Of a stretch of DNA of 64,000 bases, positions 1-11,789 are shown one piece after another; positions within the stretch are counted from its first letter, which is position 1, and every line of letters starts with the position of its first letter. Where the stretch lies: contig CDPCPM010000241.1 in the NCBI GenBank assembly GCA_976551045.1, positions 6,448,001 to 6,512,000 of the forward strand, given 5' to 3'. The translations under genes and the position numbers were made by a program. The notes under the pieces are model-generated. The model made no database searches. It was given only the letters and a program-made list of their open reading frames with translations, and had not been told where the DNA came from. Origin of the DNA: Glaucostegus cemiculus. Lineage: Eukaryota.

Positions 1-202
1 CTCCCCACTCTTGGACTGGCCCATTCACACAATGGCCACTCCAAAATGGCCACTCCGCTTTACCCTACCTGTCTTTTATTGGCTCAGTTGCCACGCACTT
101 AGCCAATCAGATAGGTAAAGACAGAACCGCACATGGCTCATGTAGCTCACTGGACACTCAAGCTTGAAGGCTAATGTAACACGTGGGCACTGAAGCTTAA
201 CA
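1..202 (-). mobile_element. Possible LTR terminus (solo LTR-like), truncated by the window edge
   Basis: Ends in ...GCTTAACA (TGTTAAGC on the minus strand, a TG terminus); GC-richer than its flank; 12-bp direct repeat AATGGCCACTCC (31-42, 45-56); paired CCAAT boxes. Confidence 0.3.
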
Positions 203-1079
203 CTGCAAAAGGCTTACCTCATTCCATGTATACACCGCACATGCGGGGTAGAGATAGTGGGGGGGGAAGTAGAGAACAAATAGTTTAATAATAATGAAAA
301 CTTTGGATCGGTGTGCATTTGTTCCAGGATGAGTGACTCCCCTGTTGATGTCAGCTTGTACTAAAGAGAAAGTTTGTTCTGAAGGTAAACCCCATACTCC
401 ATGTGAATTCTTTTCATCTACAGCAGTATTGAGGTTGAAGTACTTTGCTTCCATATATTTACTACTTGCACTATTTAGTGACTAAGGAAGCAAAACATTA
501 CAATAATGTCATTGTATGTAGAAAATATGGCTTTGGTTGACAGATATACACAAGACTAATGAATGACTCAAGATTAAAAATCATACAACTCATCTATTAG
601 CCCACTTTTTACTTATTAACGGATCTGCAAATAATCCTTGCATTCATGTGTATATAGCTTAACCTGGAGGCTCCATGCAAGTTCAGTCTTATTGTTGCCA
701 TGTACCTTCAGCTCTTGTCCTTGTTGGTGTAAAGGTCTCAGAACTGTGAAGCATTTTGGCCAATTAATGCAGTTCATTTTGCTGATGGCACAGACTGTTG
801 TTGCAAAAAGTAGCAGTTAAGCCAATATTGTATTTTGTGTGCTTTTGCCATGTATAACTGAGCTGTAACTCATCTGTATGTTACTGTAACTCAAAATGTT
901 GTATCCAAACTTTTCAAAAATTTGAAATGACAATGTGTAATTTTACACCGAGGTCTTAAAATGAAATATTGAATGTTCAAAATATCTTGCTACTGTTCTA
1001 AAGGCAAAGTTGCACCGATGAGAATTTTCAAGAGCCTTTTTTTTCCTTTATATATCACGAGGGAATAGGTATTGTTAAC

Positions 1080-1800
1080 AATGGCCATTCCTAACTCCCC
1101 TTAAGAAAGTGTTGGTGATACACTTTTTTGAACCATTGCAGTCTTTGTGGTGAAGGCACTCCCATAGTGCTGCTGGGTATTACTTTGACTCAACTATAAT
1201 AAAGAAACAATATACTTCCAAGTCCAGAAGTATTACTGAGATAGGAACTTTAAGGAAGTGTTGTTCCCATGTGCCTGCTGCCCTTGTCTTTGTAGGGATA
1301 GAGGTGCTATAGCTGTGAAGTGCTATCAGAAGCTTCTTGGGCGGTTACTGTCATGCATTTTGAAGATGACACGCACTGTTGACACTGTCTCCTTATGATG
1401 GAGTAAGTGAATGTTCAAGCTGATGGATGGGCTCTTTTTGACCAAGTAGGTAGCTACTGGATAGCGATGAACATGAATGTTATTGGAGCTCATCTCATTC
1501 AGGCAAATGGGGAGTATTCCATCACACTCCTAGCTTGTGGCCTGTGGATGAGAGCCCTAGACATGAGCCACATGATACATAACACCAAGCCTCTGACCTG
1601 TTCTTGCAGCTACAGTATTTATTTGGCTGCTCCAGTAAAATTTCTAGCCAGTGGCGATCTCCAGAACGTTATTAGGGTTGGGTTCAATAGTGATAAGTTG
1701 AAAGTAGTTTGACTTTGTCTAGTTGGAGATGGTTATTGCCCACTACTGGTGTGGTGTTAAAGTTAATTGTCATTTATCTGTCCATGCCTAATTGTCATAG
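1080..1800 (-). mobile_element. Decayed LINE 3' part (CR1/L2 group, family also at 2060, 27115, 34800)
   Basis: Reverse-complement similarity to 2060-2372 and direct similarity to 34800-35525 (CCCTT..GAA.GTG.TGGTGA; CAGGCAA.TGG.GAGT.TTCCATCACACTCCT). Confidence 0.7.
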
Positions 1801-2059
1801 AGTCAAATAGTTTAGAAGCAGGCCCTTTAGAATAATGCAGTCAGGCATGATTTGGAGACATTGACACATTGCACTCGTACCAGGGTTACCTGCAGTGATG
1901 AAAGGAGAATTCTCCATCTGGATCTGTGTTCAAGTCACAGGACAAAAGCTGAAATGTTATTGCTGTACCAGACACAAGACCATTTCTGGTTGAGGTAGAC
2001 CAGAGAATACCAGAAGGCTGACCCTGAGTTGTCAATAGGCTTATCACTGGAAAGTAGTT

Positions 2060-2372
2060 TAGATAGCACCTTCCAAACCCTTGACCTCTACTAGCCAGAA
2101 GGACAAGGGCAACAAAAGCCAGGTAACACTACTACCTGGAAGTGCCCTTCAAACCAAACACCATCCTGATGTGGAAATATATCGCTGTTCCTTCATCGTC
2201 GCTAGGTCAGAATTCTGGAACTCTCTCCCTAACAGCATTGTCGGTACACCCACAGCTCAAGGACTGCAGTGGTTCAAGAAGGCATCTCACCACCACCTTC
2301 TCAAGGGCAACTAGGAATGGGCTAAATGCTGGCTCAGCCTGTGAAACCTTCATCTCTTGAATGATAAATGAA
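2060..2372 (+). mobile_element. LINE 3' end (same family as 1080-1800)
   Basis: Ends GGTTCAAGAAGGCATCTCACCACCACCTTCTCAAGGGCAACTAGGAATGGG; encodes FWNSLPNSIV...GLQWFKKASHHHL, a typical LINE ORF2 C-terminus. Confidence 0.75.
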
Positions 2373-2374
2373 TG

Positions 2375-2545
2375 ACAGAGTGGTGCAGCTGATTGAGCAA
2401 ATGCCTCACAGCGCCAGGGAGCCTACTTTGATTCTAATCACAAGTCTGTGTGGTGTTTATATGTTCTCCCTGTGACCAAGTGGGATTCAACTGGGTCCCC
2501 CAGTTTTATCGCACGTCCGAAACACATGCAGGTTAGTATTGGAAA
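2375..2545 (+). mobile_element. tRNA-derived V-SINE (HE1-like), decayed
   Basis: tRNA-like head GTGGTGCAGCTG...CCTCACAGCGCCAGGGA followed by V-domain-like ATGTTCTCCCTGTGACC..GTGGG. Confidence 0.6.
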
Positions 2546-2603
2546 TGCTCGACATAGTACCTTTTAGGTCATTATATTGATAGTTTTACCAAATAAGATC
2601 ACT

Positions 2604-3082
2604 TGGTATTGGTTTATTATTGTCATTTGTACTGAGGTACAGTGAAAAGCTTGTCTTACAAACCGATCGTACAGGTCAATTCATTACACAGTGCAGTTAC
2701 ATAGTTAGTACAAAGTGCATTGAAGTAGTACAGTAAAAACAGTACAGAATAAATTGTCACAGCTACAGAGAAAGTGCAGTGCAATAAGGTGCAAGGTCAC
2801 ACAAGGTAGAATGTGAGGTCACAGACCATCTCATTGTATAAGGGAACCATTCAATAGTCTTATCACAGTGGGGAAGAAGCTGTCCTTAAGTCTGATGATG
2901 CATGCCCTCAGCCACCTGTATCTTCTACCCGATGGAAGAGGAGAGAAGAGAGAATGTCCCGTGTGGGTGGGGTCTTGGATTATGCTGGCTGCTACACCAA
3001 GACAACGAGAGGTAAAGACAGAGTCCAAGGAGGGGAGGCTGGTGTCCATGATGCACTGGGCTGTGTCCACAACTCTCTGATT
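2604..3082 (-). mobile_element. Rex1/Babar-clade LINE 3' fragment
   Basis: Minus ORF ...IIQDPTHTGHSLFSPLPSGRRYRWLRACIIRLKDSFFP (Rex1-type C-terminus) plus a 3' UTR ending ACAATAATAAACCAATACCAA. Confidence 0.85.
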
Positions 3083-3227
3083 CAAGACCTTGGACAAGTC
3101 CTCAAAACTTAAAACATTCTGCAAAGTGGTTTGGTTTCAGCTAATTCGTAAGTTATCATGACTCTTGTCCCAAGTTTAATAACATCCTCCAGTATAGGAC
3201 TTGACCCTTGCCAATCTAAAGAAAAAT

Positions 3228-3493
3228 ATGGTAGTGTGTGGTTACTGTAATGGTATTACAGCGCCAGCAACCCAGGTTCAATTCCAGCCACTGTCTGTAA
3301 GGAGTTTGTACGTCCTCCGGGTGCTCTGATTTCCTCCACATTCCAAGGATGTACAGGTTAGGAAGTTGTGGGCATGTTATGTTGCTGTCGGAAGCGTGGC
3401 GACACTTGTGGGCTGCCCCCAGAACACTCTACACAAAAGATGTATGTCACTGTGTGTTTCGATATGCGTGTGACTAATAAAGATATCTTGTCT
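3228..3493 (+). mobile_element. tRNA-derived V-SINE with a Rex1-like tail
   Basis: B box GGTTCAATTCC (3275-3285); V core CCTCCGGGTGCTCTGATTTCCTCCACA; head shared with 46739-46988. Confidence 0.8.
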
Positions 3494-3553
3494 AATACAG
3501 GCAACTTTTAATTTAAGAAAATATGGACACTTTCTATGTGAACATTTTTGCAG

Positions 3554-3691
3554 GCAAATCGTGATGCTGTAATAAGCCGTGCACCTGACCAAAAGAAAGA
3601 TCGCAGCGTTAGCTTCCAGATCGCTTCTACATTATATGACCTCTTGAGCATTACTTTGGGCAGAAGGGGACAGTACGAGATGCTCTCAGAG
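3554..3691 (+). CDS. TTC7A: TTC7A internal coding exon (138 nt, phase 0-0; from memory equals human exon 9)
   Basis: ttttgcag|GCA...GAG|gtaagt; translates [46 protein letters not shown], the TTC7-family YDLL..LGRRGQY.MLSE block. Confidence 0.93.
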
Positions 3692-4177
3692 GTAAGTAGT
3701 TAAATTTATTTTGAATACGTGCTCAAGGATACAGTAGTTGGCTCAGATGAACAAGTTTAATCACATTACTGTGTGGATTGGTTCAGGTTGAAATATGTGT
3801 CATGGAGTAATTAGTATGAGGTGTCTATTGAAAATTTATTTTCATTAATAATTGTTAACAAGAGGGTAATGAATTTAAACAGATAAGCCATAAGTTACAT
3901 AGTTTTACAGAAGATGTGATGCTAGTGAGTGGCATAAAAGAAAGAATAGTTTGGATTGAACCATTTTTGGTATGTTTAAGTTCTCTTTCTAGCACACCCT
4001 CCCCCTTTCCCACATGTTCATTTAGTTCAATGCGAAATGTTGGTTGTTTTTCAGGAAACAGCGTATCCACTGCTTGAAACTAAATTTGCTCTGTCTTGAA
4101 TGATATTCTTCCATACTGTGCACACAGTTATCCAAGACACAACTTGCTATCAATTCCATCAAGAACTATTTTAACAG

Positions 4178-4510
4178 GTCATGGCAGCTTTGTGATAACA
4201 TTACCGGACTAGCAGCCAAAGTTCTGGATCATTGATTCAGAGATAGAGTTCAAATACCACCAGGGTAATTGGGGAAGTTGATTTCAAATAATTAAAAAAT
4301 TGAATTAATAAAACTATTCTGAATGATGAGCGCTATGAAGCTACTGGACTGTAAGTAAAAATCCAAATGGGAATGAAATCTGTCAGTTGGCCCTGTAGGT
4401 GTCTAATGTAGTTAATGCATGACTGCCTTCTCAGTTTAGGAAAAATTAGGGATGGACAATAAATGGTTGCACTGCAAAGACATCCACATCCTTTGGGTAA
4501 ATAAAGAACA
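4178..4510 (+). mobile_element. tRNA-derived SINE sharing the 3' tail of the 2060-2372 LINE family
   Basis: B-box-like GAGTTCAAATACC; tail AATTAGGGATGGACAATAAATGG resembles the LINE tail AACTAGGAATGGGCTAAATGC. Confidence 0.55.
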
Positions 4511-4709
4511 GCTGGAAGGTTAGTGCAAACAACTTGTAATCCTTTTAAATTCATGCTCCTTCAATATGATTCCATGGTGTGTAGAAGATGTAGAATAAAG
4601 AAAAAAAAAGAGATTATTAACTTTGAAAGAACATCATATTCTCAGTGATGTTCATCCTGAAACTTGCCAAAATATCACTTCATTTTTTGAGTAAGGATTT
4701 GTTTTGTGA

Positions 4710-5195
4710 GAGTCACAATGCAGAATGGGCCCTTGGCCCACCACGTCCAAACCAATCTTTTTGTCCATCTACACTAATCCCATTTGCCTGCATTAGAATG
4801 GTATCCTTCTGTGCCTTGCCTATTCAAGTGCCTATTTAAATGTCTCTTAAATGTAGTGATTGCATTTGGCTCCACCATCCCCAGTGAGTTCTGCAAACTT
4901 ACCAATCATATCTCCTACATTCATATTCAGGTTGTATAATATATATATATTACAAACAACAAGCATTCCAGGACCAATTCCTGAGGCACACCACTAGTAC
5001 AGACTTTCAATCAGGAAGGCATCCTTCTACCACTCCTTCTGCCTCATATTACCAAGCCAATATTGGATCCAGTGAGCCGGCTCACCTTGGACCCTATATG
5101 TCTCAACCTTCTGGATCAACCTACCATGCAGGACCTTGTCAAATGCTTTATTAAAGTCCATATAGGAATATCTATAACCCTGCCTTCATTAATAT
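4710..5195 (-). mobile_element. CR1 LINE fragments (3' tail plus RT piece)
   Basis: GGCCCTTGGCCC tail motif; minus strand encodes GVPQE..LVL and D..KAFDKV-like RT segments. Confidence 0.6.
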
Positions 5196-6152
5196 TATTA
5201 TTATTGTTGTTATTATTGATTATTAGCTAGTTTTGTTTTAATCAATCTAATTCCGTGGTACAAGTTTGGTCTTAGTGAAGTTGGATTGTTGATTGCTGTT
5301 GGTGTAAGATTATAAAGGTATTTGTAGATGCAAGCTTGATGGATAAGATTGTCATTTAGCACCAGACTGTAAACTGTTATGTCATGGATGACTACTCAAC
5401 AGACTGAAAATTGAAATGATGCAAACCCATTTCACATGTCCCTTTACAATCAGCAAGAGGCAGTAGGACAATAATTTGACTCACCATTATTTTTTATTGT
5501 TCAAAATGCACCTCTTTCTTTTGTGACTTCTGTAGTTGTCAATGTAAACTTATGATGTACAAACAAATCTTAGAAATAATGAGTGTATAGAAAAGAGGGG
5601 GAAAGATCCCAATGCAATTTCAATTTATAGAATATTCCACTTCAATTTAAATTTGGTCCAGTTACACTCTACTTCAGGCCTCAAAATATGAAATGCAGAG
5701 AGATGTGCATAAAACAGGTGGCAACCAACATCTATGAGTTGTTTCTTCAACCAATGGTCTTCAGTAACAAGAAGCTGATTTTCTTTTCCCAAGCCTGGTT
5801 TTTAATGTTTTAATGTAACATTTTGCCTTTCATTTGATGCCCTTATTGTTCTTAGGTGCAACAGTGAATTAGATATTCCATGGGAAGACATCTAGCTAAT
5901 ATTTATTGTCTAGTATGTAATACATCTTCATAGCAATCCCTTATTAGCCACATGTTGACAGGAAGCACTCTCCCGAATCTGCCATTTTTATACTGTGCTG
6001 TGATGATTTTGAGAGCATTTTTATGCAAGTGAATAGGTGCTCTGTCCTTTCACACAAAAGATAATTATGCACAGTTGCTAAATAATTATTGGGAACTTTG
6101 TTAATTTCTAACATAAGAACAATCACAAGCTTGTGTTAATTATATTACATAG

Positions 6153-6543
6153 CATCATAGAGCACTACAGCACAGAAGCAGGCTCTTTGGCCCATCTCGT
6201 CCATGCCACCTGATCTTCTGCTTAGTCCCATCTACCTGCACCCGGACCGTATTCCTCCAAACCCCTCCTATCCATGTACTATCCAAACTTCTCTTAAATA
6301 TTACAATTGAACCCACATCTACCACTTCCGTTGGCAGCTCGTTCCACGCTCGCACCAGAGTGAAGAAGATTCCCCTCAGATTCCCCTTATATATTTCACC
6401 TTTTGCCCTAAACCTATGACCTCTAGTTCTAGTCTCACCCAATCTTAGGGGGAAAAGCCTGCATCCATTCACCCTATCTATACCCTTCATAATTTTGTAT
6501 ACCTCTATAAGATCTCTCCTCATTTTCCTGCACTCCAGGGACA
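6153..6543 (-). mobile_element. CR1 (HER1-like) LINE 3' end
   Basis: ORF 6155-6544: LECRKMRRDLIEVYKIMKGIDRV...TRTRGHRF...AWNELP, the canonical CR1 ORF2 C-terminus. Confidence 0.9.
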
Positions 6544-6549
6544 TAAAAC

Positions 6550-6830
6550 AACATTGAAATTACAGCACAGAGAAAGGCCATTCTTTCCAACTGCTGTTGT
6601 TTATAGCTCCCATACACCTCCTCCCATTCTAATTCATTTAAACCTAGCAACATATTCTTTATTCTTTTCTCTCTCCCTGCACATCTTTGGGATGTGAAAA
6701 GACACCTGACCATCCAGAGGAAATTCGCACAATCACAGAGAGAATGTGCAAACACCACACAGACAGCACCCATGGTCATGGTTGAAGCCGGGTCTCTGAT
6801 GTTGTGAGGCAGCGGTTGCATTAGCCTTAT
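6550..6830 (-). mobile_element. V-SINE, decayed
   Basis: + strand CTTTGGGATGTGAAAAGACACC...GAGAATGTGCAAACACCACACAGACAGCACC is the reverse complement of the V core and tRNA head. Confidence 0.7.
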
Positions 6831-7971
6831 TTGATTTGTTAATGGCAACCATATTATTATCATCTAATTCTGAATGCATTCCCAACTGGAAATATTTTCA
6901 CCAAGCCTACCCATCACTGATAATTAAAAAAAAATTTCCAGTAAAATTCAACAGTAACTTAAGTCTTTCCTCCTAGCTGTTGGTTCCTGTTTCTGACAAT
7001 ATCCTGGTAACACTTGCTGCTAATCCAGTAAAAACCTAACCACTGTGCCCACCCCATAAAGATAATTCTACATGGGATAAATGGTAAAGTGTATTTGCCA
7101 ATTGTCTGTCTTGAAAAACTGATTGCCCAGAATAGAAGGAGGTTATTTGAAACAGGTCAAGTTCATTTTCAAGCAGTAGAATTCTGTTTCCTGTAACTTA
7201 ATGGCTAGGCTACTGTTTCCAATATTACAACACCTGAGCTCATCAGGGGAAAATCAGCAAAAGCTAGTCACGGTCTGGTGACACCTGCTGGAAGTGGGTG
7301 ACAACAGAGGTTTGTTTAATTGTGTTACCCTGCAGATGAAAAGGTTAACGTATGATGAACACATGGTGACGTGCAGGATGCTGGAGGGCACTTCACACCT
7401 GTGGTAAACAAAAGTCAGCAAAGAACTGATGACTTTATTGGAGAAGACTGCCTGGGGGAAAATATACTGTTTACAATCCTAGAGAAATGCCAGATTTAAA
7501 TCAAACTATTCTGCATACCACGTAGCAAATAATATTTTAAAACTTTTGCAATGTTACATCATATGTATTATATATATATATTTTTATAAATGAAATGAAA
7601 TTATGTGTGTATGTGTGTGTATATATAAAAAGATATAGTGGCGCCAATCCTCAAATTGATATGTCTCATAGCCACTGGGGAGGAAACACGAATCCAAGTA
7701 ATTTGGGTTGGTTTGAAACAAGTTTTGAATGTTAAAGGATAACCTGCTGACCTGCTCTTGAATTTCATTCATTTTTATAATTCTCATCCTAATGAAAGTG
7801 ATTGCAAGTTTAAGAAAAGCAGTCAGCTAAAACAGAGTTAAGGTCCCAGATGATGTCTCTTCAGGATCTGGGTCATGAGGTGGTTGTGGGTCCTGATGAC
7901 TGAAACCAGTGTTGTGTGTCCTTATTACAGTCTGGTTTGGTTACACAGCCAATACCTTGTCTTGGGGGAAA

Positions 7972-7992
7972 TGTGTGTGTGTGTGTGTGTGT
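7972..7992. repeat. (TG)n microsatellite
   Basis: About ten TG units seen directly. Confidence 0.9.
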
Positions 7993-8496
7993 ATATGAAC
8001 AAATACAGTGAGTGTTGGGAAGCCACCAGGAACAATGTTGACATGTGAGATCCTCATCTGGCAGCCACACATGTAGACTTAGGTGGGGACTGATAATGAT
8101 CATAAGCACGTCCGATTCATGATCATAAGCACATCCCTGTCCGATTTATTTCACTTCCTGAAAAAAGATACTGAGGATAATATTACGGTTTGGACTTGTG
8201 CAGATTGGTTTAATGGTATTTTAGCTTAGTTCCAGTTATGCAGTCATCATTTCCTCATCTAGCATTTAATATGAAAGTTCAGGAAAGTGTCCAGCAGATG
8301 GCATAATTATAATGTGAAACAAAGAGTGATCCTTGTACTGTTGAAGTAACCAAACCTTTATCAGAGTAGCAGGCACTGTGAACAGTGTTCTAAGCTGTGA
8401 TATGTAATAGTCAAGCGGACAGTGTGGTATTCTTATCAATCTGCTTTGTCTCCTCTATCAAGCATAAATCTCATGTTAAAATGTTTCTTTCCACAG

Positions 8497-8580
8497 TGTT
8501 TAGAACGGGCAATGAAATTTGCATTTGATGAATTCCACCTGTGGTATCAGTTAGCACTTTCACTGGTGGCTAGTGGGAAG
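8497..8580 (+). CDS. TTC7A: TTC7A internal coding exon (84 nt, phase 0-0)
   Basis: tttccacag|TGT...AAG|gtaaga; [28 protein letters not shown], a highly conserved TTC7 segment. Confidence 0.95.
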
Positions 8581-9489
8581 GTAAGATCTCTAATTGCATA
8601 ATAGCTGCCATGCATCCCTGTCTTCATATTGATGCTACATTGGAATTGTGTAAATGTAATATTGAAATTTTCTCAGAAATTCATTTCTGAAGGATTTTTG
8701 TTATCTTGGGGTGTATCTTTTGTGTGTGTCTACAGTTGAAGAATAATTCTTTTAATTAAACTATAATTTATCCTTTTCCCCCTTTCTCTGTCTCATTGTT
8801 TTTCATGTTAACACATGCAATTTGCATATTGGCACTAAATTGGAAATGAACAGAATTGCTGTAGTAACTCTAGACGGATTGCTTTCCTCAACCCCTCTAA
8901 ATTGTCTAAAAACAGAATTGCCAGGGTCTTTTAACTTCCAAAGCTGTATTCTAAATCAAAGCAATTTATGTATACAAGTAACATTGCACAATTGATACCT
9001 AATTTAATAAATAAAACTACTGAGAGTTACTTATCTTTTGTTTATGAATTATTTATAAATTCTGCCTGTTTATTGGTGTGCATTGATTGTCAACACATGT
9101 TGTAGTATTCTACATTGGAATAATTAATAAGTATTCTGAAATACTTAATTAGCTGTAAAATGTTTTGAAATGACTTGAGATTGTGTTAATAAATGAAGCC
9201 GCCTTCTTTACAATATGTATTACTAGTATGTTATGCTGTTTGTTTAGTGTAGTAATAGTACAAGCTCCTTAAGTTCACAGTTATATATACATATATTTAA
9301 TTCTTCAGTATACTGTAGTTCTAATCATATATTAATTGCAACATCACATGGATGAGAATGTTTTTTCCAGTAATTATCTGCTACACAGTACCAGTGATGA
9401 GATGCCATATATCTTCCTATCTTGTGTTTCTCTAATCACAAGTTAAAATTGGTTAAATATGACCACATAGCTCTTCCCAGCCAATAAAT

Positions 9490-10465
9490 TGCTGCAGTTC
9501 CAACAAAACAGAACACTGGAAATACTCTGCAGGTCAGGCAACAAGACAGTTTCAGGTTGATGACCTTTCATCAGAAATGAGAAATGTTAGATATCAAACA
9601 TGTTTTAAGTTGCAGAGAAGGGGAAAGGGAAGAGAGAACAAAGAGAATGTCTATGATAGGTGGAGACAAGAAGAGACTGAGTTATGCAAAGGGTGATGGT
9701 GGCAGTGATGGCTTGTTGATTATGGCTGATCTTTCTGGAGGAGATGTAAGTGGAAGGATACAGAGGAGAGATGGGAACAAGGTTGGAACTTTGAGCTACA
9801 AAACTGTAAAGCTGGAAATCTAAAATGAAAGAGAATACTGGAAGAGACCTGAAAGAATCACTTGTGGAGAGAAAAACTGAATTAACTTTACAGGTTGATG
9901 ATCATTCATCAGAACTGGCTAATTCTGGTTCAGACTGGAAAGGCAGGTTATCTAAAATTGTAGGGTCTTGAGGGTTGTTATGTGCCTTCAGTCTTTATTA
10001 TGCTGCATTGAAATGATAGGGGAGGTCAAATATAGAGGGATTAGAGTGGGAGTATGATGGAGAATTAAACTGAAATGTAGCTCGAAGCTGAGGATCATCC
10101 TTGAGAATTGAATTGAGATGTTCTGTAAGTGGTCAACCAAGTAAATCACTGATTCACCAGGAAGGAGTGTTTGGGTCCCTGGATGTTGGGAAGGGACCCA
10201 AAGGGAAAGTCTTAATTATTTTGAGATTACATGAGAGGTTGCATGAGAAGGCCAGTTGGTATTAGTGTAGATGGAAAAATAAATTTCAGGTGTTAATGGT
10301 ACCTTTGGAATCTTGAACGGGGAGAGGAAGATGAGTTTTGTGGTGAAGGAATTGACAGAATAAATATGGGCACTGGTGGGGTGGAAGTTGAATCCTGCCC
10401 TTGATCTGGGTGGGAAGAGAGGAGCTGAGAGCAGAAATGCAGGAAATGAATTAGGTGTGGTTGTA
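9490..10465 (-). mobile_element. Penelope-like element, family A (3' part with tandem terminal repeats); appears to resume near 11700-11760
   Basis: Colinear similarity to 22145-23460; two decayed hammerhead motifs on the minus strand (CTGATGAAAGGTCATCAACCTGAAAC at about 9549-9574, and about 9880-9915). Confidence 0.7.
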
Positions 10466-10469
10466 GATA

Positions 10470-11700
10470 AAAGAGACCACAGGAGCTGGAATCTGGAACA
10501 AAAACTGAGTACTGGAAGAACTCAGTGGGTCATGCAGCATCTATGGAAGAAAAAGGTGCAAGATGATGTTTTGGGTTGAGACCCTACACTAGGCCTGAGA
10601 GGGAAGAAGAAAGATCGCCAGTGTATTAGCAACGCAAGGGTTAGTGGTGGTGGTGGGCAGGGTGGTGGTAGTGGGGGAGGGGGGAGGGTTGGACAGAGGC
10701 TGGTAGATGATAGATGAAACCAGATGGGGAGGGGATGATGGGCAGATGAAACCAGATGGGGGAGGGGGCAGGCAAAGAGATGGGGAAGGGTGAACAAAGA
10801 GAGAAAAAAACTAGGTGGATGGGGAGCGTGACTGGTGGCGTGAGCACGTTGGAATTGGCAGAAATGGTGAAGGGTGGTGGGTTGGATACAGAGGCTGGTG
10901 AGGTGAAGGGTGAGGACTAAGGGAACTCTGTTGCTTTCCTGTCTGTGGAAAGTGGGGTAGTGAGAGCAGATGCGCAGGAGGTGAAGGAAATATGCGTGAA
11001 GGTTCCATCAACTGTGGCAGAGGGGTGACTATGTGTTGGGGAGGAGAAGCATTTCAGCAGCCCTGGAGCAAAAGGCCTCATCTTGAGAATGGATCCAGCA
11101 GAGACAGAGAAATTGAAAAAAATGGATGGCATCCTTGCAGAAGGCACGTTGGGAGGGGATATAGTTAAGGTAGCTGTGGGAATTTATGGGTTTATAGAAG
11201 ATGTCAGTAGCAAGTCCGTCTCCTGAGATAGAGAAGTGTCAGACATAGTCCAGGAAAGCTTGAGGGCAGGGTGGAAGTTGGTGACAAAGGTTAGGAAATC
11301 AAGTTCCACATGAGTGCAGGAAGGAGCACTGATGCAGTCATTGGTGTAGTGGAGAAAGAGTTGGGAGGGGGTGTGCTAAGTAGGTTTGGAACAAGGACTG
11401 TTCCACTTAGTCAACAAAAAGACAGACATAGCTGGGGACCATTCAAGTGCCCATGGCTGCCCATTTGTTGTGCAAAACGTGGGAGGAATCAAAGAGATGC
11501 TTTTGAGGGTAAGGACAAGCGGATTAGAGTATTAGTGGAGGAAAACTGATTGGGTCTTTGTTCAGGAAAGAAGTGGAGGGCCCTAAGACCTTACTGATAG
11601 GGGATGGAGGTGTATAGAGATTGAAAGTCTATGGTGAAGATGAGGAGGTTGGGACCAGGGAACTGGACGTTATCAAAATGGTGGAGGACAAGAGAGGTGT
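10470..11700 (-). mobile_element. Penelope-like element, family B, with decayed reverse transcriptase
   Basis: Minus-strand pseudo-translation LIFTIDFQSLYTSIP, GAAMGT*MVPSYVCLFV, QLFLHYTNDCI (RYIDD-like), TDIFYKPINSHSYLNY...CKDAI: PLE RT motifs with stops and frameshifts; terminal repeat at about 10470-10610. Confidence 0.85.
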
Positions 11701-11789
11701 CCCTCCAACTCCATAAAAGCTATGGTTAAGGAAGAAGGAAGACATTTCAAAAGCACTGAGTTCTTATGGGTGAATGTGGTGATGAACAA

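Noticed and set aside
8291-8303. CTCF-like motif CCAGCAGATGGCA (another, CCAGCAGGGGGAG, near 19110)
   Set aside because: Single degenerate motif matches are expected in 64 kb and there is no supporting evidence
10522-11011. Pro/His-rich ORFs and G-rich, possibly G-quadruplex-forming sequence
   Set aside because: Low-complexity purine-rich part of the Penelope-like element, not a host gene
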